A DNA stretch of 15,290 nucleotides from Nitrospinota bacterium (GCA_038108555.1 JAYNIA010000030.1:1-15290), one strand, 5' to 3'; positions 1-8,042 are shown, counted from the first letter of the stretch. Translations and numbers: made by a program. Notes: generated by a model not told the origin, from the sequence alone.

Positions 1-54
1 GTTTGAGAAAAAGAATGCGGCTTAATTAACTGTCCACTAATATCGAGAAGATCA
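1..54 (+). mobile_element. Right end of an IS3-family insertion sequence (last codons of OrfB transposase plus right terminal inverted repeat)
   Basis: Bases 2-25 read FEKKNAA-stop, followed by ...CTGTCCACTAATATCGAGAAGATCA ending at 54. The reverse complement starts TGATCTT...TAGTGGACA...TAAG. From memory this closely resembles E. coli IS3 (termini TGATCTT...ATAGTGGACAC; OrfB ending FENKNLA-stop just inside the IRR). It also fits the IS3-family 5'-TG...CA-3' rule. Confidence 0.8.
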
Positions 55-737
55 GTTTCCGCTTCCTCAAAGTGGTGTTTGAAATCATAAAGCATGGAAG
101 TGGTTTTACGATCGAGCTGGGTCACAAAGTTTGTCGCTAAAACTGCCAATAGTACAAAAGCAATGGACCAGGTTTTTTTCTGCATTACCAGATAAACAAT
201 GGCTGCAAGAATAGTCCAATAAAAAGGCAGGATAAAATCTACCCCTTTATTCCAACTCAAACCTACAAACGCAAACCCGTAGGCAAACCCAACCATTTCA
301 CAGGAATACAAAACCTTGATTTTTTTTATGGAAGATTCAGCTGAAGAGCCCTCTCCATGGATCAACCGGGGAAGAAACACAGCAAATATAGAACTGAAAA
401 TCAGAGCGTAAACAAACATCAAAATGATGTATACATAACCCTCAAGATCAAATTGCGCAATCTTTACGGCCAGAAACCTGTATGAGAAAGGAAAGGTCAG
501 GTGAAGAAAAACTATGACAAGAAAAGAATTGCGAAAAAATTTTTCAGAAAACTTTAACGAAAGAAAATAACCCAGAGACAATCCGAGAAAAAAAGATGCA
601 GTTACCAGAATAATAACCACTTCTTCTCCATAGAGGATAGTTACAAAATCCCGGATCATCACGAACTGCGCTATGCTCAGGCATGTCCCGACAAGGAAAA
701 GGAGAAGAGGCTCTTTTGGATTATATTTTTGAATCAC
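55..737 (-). pseudogene. N-terminal membrane domain of a fused MFS-like/spermidine synthase (SpeE-like) protein, interrupted by the IS at 54/55
   Basis: Translated by hand from GTG at 737, with an in-frame TAA just upstream: VIQKYNPKEPLLLFLVGTCLSIAQFVMIRDFVTILYGEEVVIILVTASFFLGLSLGY...LPRL...VLYSCEMVGFAYG...QLDRKTTSMLYDFKHHFEEAET. About 7 hydrophobic helices, in the pattern of membrane-bound SpeE-like N-domains. The frame stays open to the window edge but enters IS sequence in codon 228, before any catalytic domain. Confidence 0.7.
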
Positions 738-845
738 AGAACCCGCCGACTGGTTTTAAAGGCCATGAGCATCCCCTGGGGAAATTAAAAAACATAGGGG
801 AATTTTATCAGAAAGAGGAAAATGCTGGAAGAAAATGGACTTGGC

Positions 846-1973
846 TCAGGCGGGCAGTTCGCACATATCCTGTAGAGAGGATTTTTTTTCAGATTTGCTT
901 TTTGAGGACCCGTTATTCCAATGGGATTGACTGTAACGGAATACTTTGCCTTCGTAATTGGTAATAATCACTTCTTCGTCGGTATGCTCAATGACACTAT
1001 TTGGAAGAAGTCTGACTTTACCTCCCCCTCCCGGGGCATCTATCACGTAACTTGGAACGGCCATTCCGGAAGTATGTCCAATCAAATCTTTCATTATGTC
1101 GAGACCTGTTTGAACCGAGGTACGCAGATGGTCTGTTCCTTCCGTCATGTCTGCCTGATAAATATAATAGGGTTTGATACGGTTCTTTAGAAGTTTTTGC
1201 ATTAACTCCTTCATCGTTCCGGAATTATCGTTGACACCTTTTAAAAGTACTGTCTGACTGCCCAGGGGAATTCCAATATCCGCAAGCTTGGCGCAGGCTT
1301 CTTCAACTTCAGGTGTTAATTCCGAGGGATGGTTGAAATGCATATTGAAATATAGCGGATGATATTTTTTCAGTATGGAACAAAGGTTGTCTGTGATTCT
1401 CGCTGGCAGGGTACCGGGAACGCGGGTTCCAATGCGAATGATCTCGAGATGCGGTATGGACCGCAACTCACTTAAAATTCGATCGAGTTCTTTATCGGGG
1501 ACAAGAAGCGGGTCACCGCCTGACATAATGACATCACGAATTTCAGGATGGTTCCGAATGTAATCAATTCCCTGTCTTAAAGTTTCACGGGTGACGATTC
1601 CAGGAAATCCGATTTTTCGTTTACGCGTACAAAATCGACAAACAATGGGGCACTGATTGTTGATCATTAACAGAACCCGATCGGGATAACGGTGCACCAG
1701 TTCCGGTACCGGCATATCCCCTTCTTCATTCAAGGGGTCGGAAATCAAATCTTCCTGAACAAAATCGTCCAATTCTTCAATGGTAGGAACCACTTGTTTC
1801 CATAAAGGGTCATTAGGACCTTTGATCTGGTCCAGGAAATAGGAATTGATTCTTATGGGGAAATTTTCGCGAACCTGCTCCAGCTTTTTCCTGTAGTCTT
1901 CTGATTGGGGTATAAAAGGAAGGTCTTTAATTTTAACCGCACTCTGGCTCAGTTGTTTTTGCCATAGTTCCAT
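846..1973 (-). CDS. kamA: KamA-family radical SAM/PLP 2,3-aminomutase (lysine 2,3-aminomutase-like)
   Basis: Motifs LVHRYPDRVL, CPIVCRFCTRKR (CX3CX2C), SGGDPL, RIGTRVP, HFNHP, QTVLLKGVND, PYYIYQAD and the PLP-lysine motif YVIDAPGGGGK. Confidence 0.9.
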   Translation of the reverse strand: MELWQKQLSQSAVKIKDLPFIPQSEDYRKKLEQVRENFPIRINSYFLDQIKGPNDPLWKQVVPTIEELDDFVQEDLISDPLNEEGDMPVPELVHRYPDRVLLMINNQCPIVCRFCTRKRKIGFPGIVTRETLRQGIDYIRNHPEIRDVIMSGGDPLLVPDKELDRILSELRSIPHLEIIRIGTRVPGTLPARITDNLCSILKKYHPLYFNMHFNHPSELTPEVEEACAKLADIGIPLGSQTVLLKGVNDNSGTMKELMQKLLKNRIKPYYIYQADMTEGTDHLRTSVQTGLDIMKDLIGHTSGMAVPSYVIDAPGGGGKVRLLPNSVIEHTDEEVIITNYEGKVFRYSQSHWNNGSSKSKSEKKSSLQDMCELPA

Positions 1974-1996
1974 AAGCTGCCTTCAGTTTGTTTGAA

Positions 1997-2233
1997 TCAA
2001 GAGTTTACAGGATAGGTCTTTTTAAGGTAGTCGATGATTTCGTATTCGTCGGATAAAATCGTATCACCATCAACCATAACGGGGACAGTGGTTTGCCCGG
2101 ATACTTCATATACCTCTTTACGCTCGGAATGTGACCAGGGAACATCAATTTTCTCATATTCAATTCCCAACTGTGCAAGCTGGTTCCTTACCATTGCACA
2201 GTAACCACAACCATCAATATTATATAGCTTCAT
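1997..2233 (-). CDS. Glutaredoxin / GST-N-terminal-like thiol-disulfide protein
   Basis: 78 aa with a CGYC active site, cis-Pro motif TTVPVM and C-terminal DG..ILSDEYEIIDYL. Confidence 0.88.
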   Translation of the reverse strand: MKLYNIDGCGYCAMVRNQLAQLGIEYEKIDVPWSHSERKEVYEVSGQTTVPVMVDGDTILSDEYEIIDYLKKTYPVNS

Positions 2234-2244
2234 TCAAATAACCT

Positions 2245-3624
2245 TCAGAAGTTTTTTGTCGCACATGGGACCATTATGGCATCTACCATGCCGTGAATTT
2301 TCTTTTTATCTTGAGGACAAAGCGTAGCCAAAATTCCACCTAACTGGGTTGAGTCACCAATTACAAAATAATACGGGGTTAATCTCACTCGACTCATCAT
2401 TGTTTCAATCTTTCCTGATTTCGGATCCAGATACCGAGCTTCGACTTTCTTCCCCTTATAAAACTTTTGTAAAATCGAAGGTTGGTCGGGAAACTTTTCT
2501 AATCCTTTCATCAATGTTTGTTTCCAGATATCACTGGATACATCGTGCCCCACAACAACCCCTCGACTTCCCCAGGATTCAGGAGAAAAACCAGACGGTT
2601 TGATCACCATTTCCCTCTCTTTTTGCGTTAGGGAGAATAGCTCCTCCCAGCTTCGCACCTGATCACCTTTAACTTCCAGATCAGGGATAACACCGTGCGG
2701 CGGAAGAGGTCTGGAATCCAATATCCAGGTTTCTGGGATTAGATGACTTAAAACCTTAAAAGTTTCAGAACCCAAGGCATTTTCCCAATCCGATTTCAGG
2801 GAAGGATGCGAAAATAGCGCGAAGCTGAGCTTTTCTTCCAACCAGGGCTTATAGGGGGGTGTAGCTACAATTTGGCCCTTTTTGGCTGAATAAAGAAATA
2901 ACTCAGATTTGGGGATATTTTTTAAATCAAAAAGTTCAAAAAACCGGTATAAAACGTCCACTCGCACCCATTTTTCATCTTGCAGCAGAAATAGGCCCTC
3001 CTCCCTGAAACTCAAATCTCTGGGATGAACCACATACACCCCTTTTTCCTTTAAGAGAGAACCAAGGTATTGCATTTCGCTGAGGTAATCCTGAGACTCA
3101 TCTGAAACAACAATGGCAACATTTGGAGAGGGCTCTTTAGCTACCGATTCTGCTAATTGGTAGAACAAAGAGGGAATTCCAGCACCCAGCATTTTCCAGG
3201 AAGGGTCTTCATAATTTGCCATGAGGGAGGAAGTCAGTCCAAATCCCCCAGGCACCGAGTCCAACTCAGTAACGGCAAACCCCATTTCAGTGGGTATGAC
3301 ATCCGGCCTTATGATTCCCGGCAAAGCCTGACGCATTCTTTTCATGCGTCCAAACTCTAGAAGCTCCTGGGGTTTTCCAGCATCAAGATATTCAGCAAAC
3401 CAAGGATGAAAATTCCCTTTTACACTTTCCAGATAAAATCGATTCAGGACAGAATAAAACTTTAAAAGATGCGGACCCAGTTCGTGGAAAAAAGTAGTTT
3501 CCTCCTCATTTAAGAAATAGGGTTCCGGGGATATTCTCCAGGTATTTCCAGAATCGGAAAACAACTTCGCCGCCTCTAGAGAGGCTTTTATATCCAAACA
3601 GGTCTTTTCAGGTTGGGCAATCAT
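2245..3624 (-). CDS. Circularly permuted ATP-grasp amidoligase (glutathionylspermidine synthase / CP-ATP-grasp-like)
   Basis: N-terminal IIRPDV...VTELDSVPGG (R-x-D and E-x-N/D metal ligands), DVLYRFFE, EEKLSFA, IPETW, VIKPSG, WGSRGVVVG and ILQKF, in the permuted order typical of this fold. Confidence 0.72.
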   Translation of the reverse strand: MIAQPEKTCLDIKASLEAAKLFSDSGNTWRISPEPYFLNEEETTFFHELGPHLLKFYSVLNRFYLESVKGNFHPWFAEYLDAGKPQELLEFGRMKRMRQALPGIIRPDVIPTEMGFAVTELDSVPGGFGLTSSLMANYEDPSWKMLGAGIPSLFYQLAESVAKEPSPNVAIVVSDESQDYLSEMQYLGSLLKEKGVYVVHPRDLSFREEGLFLLQDEKWVRVDVLYRFFELFDLKNIPKSELFLYSAKKGQIVATPPYKPWLEEKLSFALFSHPSLKSDWENALGSETFKVLSHLIPETWILDSRPLPPHGVIPDLEVKGDQVRSWEELFSLTQKEREMVIKPSGFSPESWGSRGVVVGHDVSSDIWKQTLMKGLEKFPDQPSILQKFYKGKKVEARYLDPKSGKIETMMSRVRLTPYYFVIGDSTQLGGILATLCPQDKKKIHGMVDAIMVPCATKNF

Positions 3625-3632
3625 GAATTTAA

Positions 3633-3661
3633 AGACTAAAAAATAAAACAGCGATTGTCAA
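3633..3661 (-). promoter_or_regulatory. Putative sigma70 promoter of the ATP-grasp/grx/kamA operon
   Basis: Minus strand: TTGACA (3661-3656), 17 nt spacer, TAGTCT (3638-3633). The ATG lies 8 nt further on with no Shine-Dalgarno. Confidence 0.55.
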
Positions 3662-3736
3662 ATATTCAACTTTAAGATAAAACAAGCTGAGATTGGATGT
3701 TAAAATACTATTTTGGATTCAAACGGAACAATTTGT

Positions 3737-4417
3737 ATGACTTTTCAACTTCAAACCGGAATGACTATTCCTGTTTTCCCGCTACCCACAACTGTTTTTT
3801 ATCCGGCAACCCCCCTTCCTCTGCATATCTTTGAGCCACGATACCGGCAAATGACTTCCGATGCCCTGGAAGGAAAACGAATCATCGGAATGGTGCTCCT
3901 GAAACCCAACTGGGAGGAAGAGTATTTTGGCAAACCACAGATATTTTCGGTGGGCTGCGCTGGAACCATTGAACAAGAAATCAAACATCCCGATGGTAAA
4001 TATAATTTTACCCTGGTGGGCCTCCGTCGGTTCCGTATCATTAACGAAGAAGAGGGAAAACTTTATCGTCAGGCAAAAATCGAATTACTTGATGAAATAA
4101 ATGAACAGGAAATTGTAAAAGGGCAATCAAACGAGTGCCGGGAAAAACTCATTGAAAGTTTCAGGGAATTTGCAGGCTTCATTCCCGAAGGCAATTCACA
4201 AAAAAAAGAACCGGATTGGAATCTGGGCAACAAACTCAGTGAATTTGTCGACCGGTTCGCCTACCGTCTAGACCTTTCCCTTGAACAAAAACAAAATTTC
4301 CTGGAAGAACAGGATGTTTTAAAACGCGCAGATTTTCTTCATTCCTTCCTGAAAATGAAAATCGACCTGATCCACCTATCAAAAATGCGCTCAAACCATG
4401 ACCCTCGCTGGAACTAG
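3737..4417 (+). CDS. LON peptidase substrate-binding (N-terminal) domain protein, no ATPase or protease domain
   Basis: IPVFPLPTTVFYP..PLPLHIFEPRYRQM, VGCAGTI, DGKYNFTLVGLRRFRI, LEQKQNFLE. ATG at 3737 preferred over the TTG at 3713. Confidence 0.9.
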   Translation: MTFQLQTGMTIPVFPLPTTVFYPATPLPLHIFEPRYRQMTSDALEGKRIIGMVLLKPNWEEEYFGKPQIFSVGCAGTIEQEIKHPDGKYNFTLVGLRRFRIINEEEGKLYRQAKIELLDEINEQEIVKGQSNECREKLIESFREFAGFIPEGNSQKKEPDWNLGNKLSEFVDRFAYRLDLSLEQKQNFLEEQDVLKRADFLHSFLKMKIDLIHLSKMRSNHDPRWN

Positions 4418-4477
4418 CCGGCCAGGGGCCGGGGCCAATGGATAAAACTTTAAAAATATTTTTTAGCCGATTCCTTA

Positions 4478-5233
4478 TTATTCTGGAAGGATAATGCTCA
4501 AACAGGTAATACCGCCATCGGCTTTTTCGAATTCCCTCATATCCACCTCTACCGTATCAAAACCATGTTCGCGTATTTTTTCACCCACGGCCCGAAATCC
4601 GGCAGGCATGATGATCTGGTTTCCTATCGCAAGGCAATTCGCTGCGTAGGATTCTTTTTCTTCGACTTCAATCCATTCAAAAGTTTTAAAGGGACCAGTA
4701 TTCACTCTCTCGGGGTCTATAAGTAAAATATTTTTCCCTAAATAACTGACCGCACTTTTGAGGTGCAATCCTTTTAAAACGGGAACCGGCACTACCTCTT
4801 TATCAATCTGCTTTGAAAAGTATTGTATGGCTTCTTCGTTGGTCCGTTCTGATACCCCAACATAAAGGGTGTCCGGGGTGTTAAGAATATCTCCCCCATC
4901 AATATAGGGTTTCAATTGAAAGGTTTGTCGATGTTTCTTTAAAACCCTGGCAACCGAATCCACCTCATCTCGCCTACTCTCTTCTTTCGCAGAGCATAAA
5001 TAAGCCGTTACACCTAAAACAAAAGCGGTGTCCTCCACAAAAGTGGAATCGGGAAGGGAATCTTCCGAGGGCAGGGAAAGAATATCTCCCCCCAATTGTT
5101 TTAAGGCTTCCACATATTTTTGGTGCTGACTTAAAGCCCTGGGAAGGTCAATTTTTGTTTTTTCGGGATGATTTGAAATCGCTTGTGGGAAAAGGGTCCC
5201 CGGAGGCCTCACCAATGCAGTGAAGGATGGCAT
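4478..5233 (-). CDS. Dimethylarginine dimethylaminohydrolase-like amidinotransferase (pentein) family protein
   Basis: ALSQHQKY, PDSTFVEDTA, SRRDE, DGGD, LHLKS, YAANC and EFEKADGGITCLS. The catalytic acid, His and Cys motifs are all present. Confidence 0.9.
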   Translation of the reverse strand: MPSFTALVRPPGTLFPQAISNHPEKTKIDLPRALSQHQKYVEALKQLGGDILSLPSEDSLPDSTFVEDTAFVLGVTAYLCSAKEESRRDEVDSVARVLKKHRQTFQLKPYIDGGDILNTPDTLYVGVSERTNEEAIQYFSKQIDKEVVPVPVLKGLHLKSAVSYLGKNILLIDPERVNTGPFKTFEWIEVEEKESYAANCLAIGNQIIMPAGFRAVGEKIREHGFDTVEVDMREFEKADGGITCLSIILPE

Positions 5234-5249
5234 TATATTTTCAGGAGGT

Positions 5250-5723
5250 TCAATCGACAGTGGGTGTTCCCATCAATCTTGAAAAATAAAGCATGGGAAA
5301 CAGTTTTTTGCTCTTTCTAAACACCTTCATCATGGCTTTATTGGGCTTCAGCCCCTTGGCAATTTTGTCAGGCTTAGCCACATAAACAATCCCATTGATC
5401 ATCAAAAAGTCGTGACGATTGAAACGCATAACCTTTCGTTGATATTCATTCGGGTGGTCATAGATTTCATCCAGTTTCGAGACAAATTTTTCATCCATCT
5501 CGTAAAGCTCTCCGTGCATCATTCCAGAGGTATCGGCTGTGGGTTCAATATTTGCGTGCCCCAATCCTTCCTGCCCTCCATTATCTTTGGGAATTTTGTT
5601 AAACACCCTTTTCCAACCGGACAAACTTACAGAAGATTTAGAAATATATTCCAGCCCATGTTCCTTGAATACTTCTTCATTAATCAGTTCGTCGTAAGCA
5701 AAAAAATGTACCGCATCTACCAT
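5250..5723 (-). CDS. Gamma-glutamylcyclotransferase (GGCT/AIG2-like) fold protein with divergent catalytic motifs
   Basis: HFFAY, LSGWKRVFN, GHANIEP, HGELYEM, KLD....PNEYQR, YVA, GLKP and Y...L follow the GGCT pattern. ATG at 5723 (GGAG upstream) preferred over the TTG at 5780. Confidence 0.78.
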   Translation of the reverse strand: MVDAVHFFAYDELINEEVFKEHGLEYISKSSVSLSGWKRVFNKIPKDNGGQEGLGHANIEPTADTSGMMHGELYEMDEKFVSKLDEIYDHPNEYQRKVMRFNRHDFLMINGIVYVAKPDKIAKGLKPNKAMMKVFRKSKKLFPMLYFSRLMGTPTVD

Positions 5724-5959
5724 AGAGATTAGACTCCAAGCCTTTGTTATTGGGTATAATTCAAGTGCACCCGACCCCAATAAGGTTAAGGCCTTGCTGA
5801 GATCAGGGGATTATGATAGTATCAGAAAACATCCCCTAATTACATTTTGTATTAAATTTTTTTTCAGGGATGGCAATTCTTACCGCAATTGGTTCTAAAA
5901 TTCAAAATATCCCTGCGGAAAATTAAGTTTATTATTTCTACTTTTTTAAGGAGTTATTT

Positions 5960-6292
5960 ATGTCAGCCGGTAATGTGGTAGTTGTATCTGATGGCGATTT
6001 CGAGGAAACCGTTCTTAAAGCAGATAAACCTGTCATGCTCGACTTCTGGGCGGAATGGTGCCAACCCTGTAAAATGCTCGCCCCCACCGTAGAAGAACTT
6101 GCCGGAGAATATGAAGGTCAAGTTGTTGTTGGCAAATTAAATGTAGACGACAACCCCAACACAGCCACCAATTACGGAATCCGCGGAATCCCAACCCTTT
6201 TATTCATCAAGGGCGGACAGGTGGTACAACAACTGGTGGGGGTAAAATCCAAGGCTGAGATTAAAAAGGTCATCGACGAAAGCTTGGGATAA
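5960..6292 (+). CDS. trxA: Thioredoxin
   Basis: DFWAEWCQPCKML, KLNVDDNP and YGIRGIPTL; AGGAG ribosome-binding site at 5949-5953. Confidence 0.95.
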   Translation: MSAGNVVVVSDGDFEETVLKADKPVMLDFWAEWCQPCKMLAPTVEELAGEYEGQVVVGKLNVDDNPNTATNYGIRGIPTLLFIKGGQVVQQLVGVKSKAEIKKVIDESLG

Positions 6293-6314
6293 AACATCAA
6301 AATTAAAAAAATAC

Positions 6315-6351
6315 AAAGCCCTTTCTCCTCACTGGAGAAAGGGCTTTTTTT
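6315..6351. terminator. Bidirectional intrinsic terminator between convergent trxA and yidC
   Basis: Perfect 14-bp stem AAAGCCCTTTCTCC-tcact-GGAGAAAGGGCTTT, with a T-tract after it and an A-rich tract before it. Confidence 0.9.
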
Positions 6352-6380
6352 ATGCGACTTTGATGCAGCCCTGCTAAGGG

Positions 6381-8042
6381 CTAGTCTTTTAAGACTTTGT
6401 AGATGTAATACTGCTGGGAGATGGTCAACATGTTGTTGACAGTCCAGTAGATGACCAATCCTGCCGGGAAGGAAATAAATAAAAAGGTAAACACAATAGG
6501 CAGAAACATCATAATCTTCTGCTGCATCGGATCACCCACCGAAGGCGTCATTTTTTGCTGTAGAAACATGGTGGCCCCCATCAACACAGGATAAACATAA
6601 TACGGGTCCTGTACAGAAAGATCCGTGATCCAACCGATGAACGGAGCGCCACGAAGTTCGATTGAAAAAAACAGGGCATGATACAAGGCAATGAAAACCG
6701 GGATCTGCAAGAGCATGGGCAGACAACCGCCGACCGGATTCACCTTATGCTTTTTATAAAGCTCCAGTAATTCTTCGTTCATCTTTTGACGGTCGTCTTT
6801 GTTCCTCTCCTGAATAATCTTCACGTAAGGCTGGATTTTCTGCATGCCTTTCATTGATTTAAAACTTTTATGAGTCAGGGGAAAGAACAATAACTTGATA
6901 ATAATGGTCAGAAAAATAATCGCCCAACCATAGTTTTGAGTTAACCCGTAGAAAAAGGCCAACACTTTCAAAAGAGGTTTTACAAGGAAGGCGAACTTAT
7001 TGCCAAACCAACCGTAGTCAATCATTCGAACCAGATTGTTGCCTTTCGCTTCCAGGATTTCCAGCTCCTTGGTGCCGGCATAAAACATATGGGAAGCGGT
7101 CGCCGCAGATTGTACAGACTCATATTCCAGTCCGACAAAAACCTGGTCTTTCTCTTTATATACAATGCCTGCCTTGGTCCCCTGAACCGGAACCAGAGCG
7201 GAACCAAAATATTTATTCTGGAAAGCAACCCATTTCAAATGTCCACGATGATAAACGGTGGAATCCAACTCTTCCGGGGGATGCTCAATCCGCTCATTGT
7301 TATTAAAAACAGTTGCACCGGAAAAAACGATGTAATCGGTTTGGGAAGAAATTTTTCCACCCATCCCCGGCCCCAAAACAATGTTGTATTGCAGGTTTTT
7401 GGAAGCTAATTGAGAGGCGGTGATTCGCGTTTTAACCTCAATCGCATAATCGTTTTGGTGGAATTTAAATTCACGGTAAACTTCCAATCCCGATGAATGC
7501 TTCAAGGTGAAGGTCAACACCCCCTCCGGATTTGACTCATCCAGAACGATGGAAGAGGTAGAAGGCTCATATATTGCGTTCCGTAAAATGGAAGTTACTT
7601 CTGCATCATCCGACCTTAAAGACAGCGCCGGGGTTAAATGGTCTGGATTATTAATAAGGTCGATGACATCGCCATCATCGTTTTTGAAACGCGGGAGTAA
7701 AATATGTTTCAGAACACCCCCTTTATTGCTGAAGATGTAATGTATGTCCCCTGCCTCCACCTGGATTTCCTTTTCCGTTCCTGGAAATAAAGAGGCAATC
7801 TTTCCTGTGCCTTCGCTGGCAACCGAAGGTGTTTCGGCAGATTGGGATTCAGGCTGCGAGGATGGAACTGAAGGGGATGGGGTTGTCCCGTCCGGGTTTT
7901 TAGAAGCAACCTGAGGTTGCTCAGATTTTTTAACCGCGTCAGATCGTTTTTGAGGCGGAGGCGAAACTTTTGCAAGGAAAGCCCCCCAACCTATGAAAAC
8001 AGCCAATGATAAAACAAAGGCCAGTAATAATCTTTTTTCCAA
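6381..8042 (-). CDS. yidC: Membrane protein insertase YidC
   Basis: N-terminal TM, periplasmic domain (NKGG, QNKYF), IDYGWF, NYGWAII, KVNPVGGCLPMLLQIPVF, WITDLS and PAGLVIYW. TTG start with GGAG upstream; canonical operon position. Confidence 0.97.
   Translation of the reverse strand: MEKRLLLAFVLSLAVFIGWGAFLAKVSPPPQKRSDAVKKSEQPQVASKNPDGTTPSPSVPSSQPESQSAETPSVASEGTGKIASLFPGTEKEIQVEAGDIHYIFSNKGGVLKHILLPRFKNDDGDVIDLINNPDHLTPALSLRSDDAEVTSILRNAIYEPSTSSIVLDESNPEGVLTFTLKHSSGLEVYREFKFHQNDYAIEVKTRITASQLASKNLQYNIVLGPGMGGKISSQTDYIVFSGATVFNNNERIEHPPEELDSTVYHRGHLKWVAFQNKYFGSALVPVQGTKAGIVYKEKDQVFVGLEYESVQSAATASHMFYAGTKELEILEAKGNNLVRMIDYGWFGNKFAFLVKPLLKVLAFFYGLTQNYGWAIIFLTIIIKLLFFPLTHKSFKSMKGMQKIQPYVKIIQERNKDDRQKMNEELLELYKKHKVNPVGGCLPMLLQIPVFIALYHALFFSIELRGAPFIGWITDLSVQDPYYVYPVLMGATMFLQQKMTPSVGDPMQQKIMMFLPIVFTFLFISFPAGLVIYWTVNNMLTISQQYYIYKVLKD

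Noticed and set aside
683..1563. Plus-strand ORFs 683-964, 921-1190 and 1375-1563
   Set aside because: Antisense shadows of kamA and the SpeE-like gene, with no recognisable motifs.
4418..4432. GC hairpin CCGGCC-AGG-GGCCGG after the LON-N stop
   Set aside because: 3-nt loop and no adjacent U-tract; too weak to call a terminator.
2349..7975. Short alternative-frame or antisense ORFs inside the ligase, LON-N, GGCT and yidC genes
   Set aside because: Fully overlap well-supported genes and show no family signatures.
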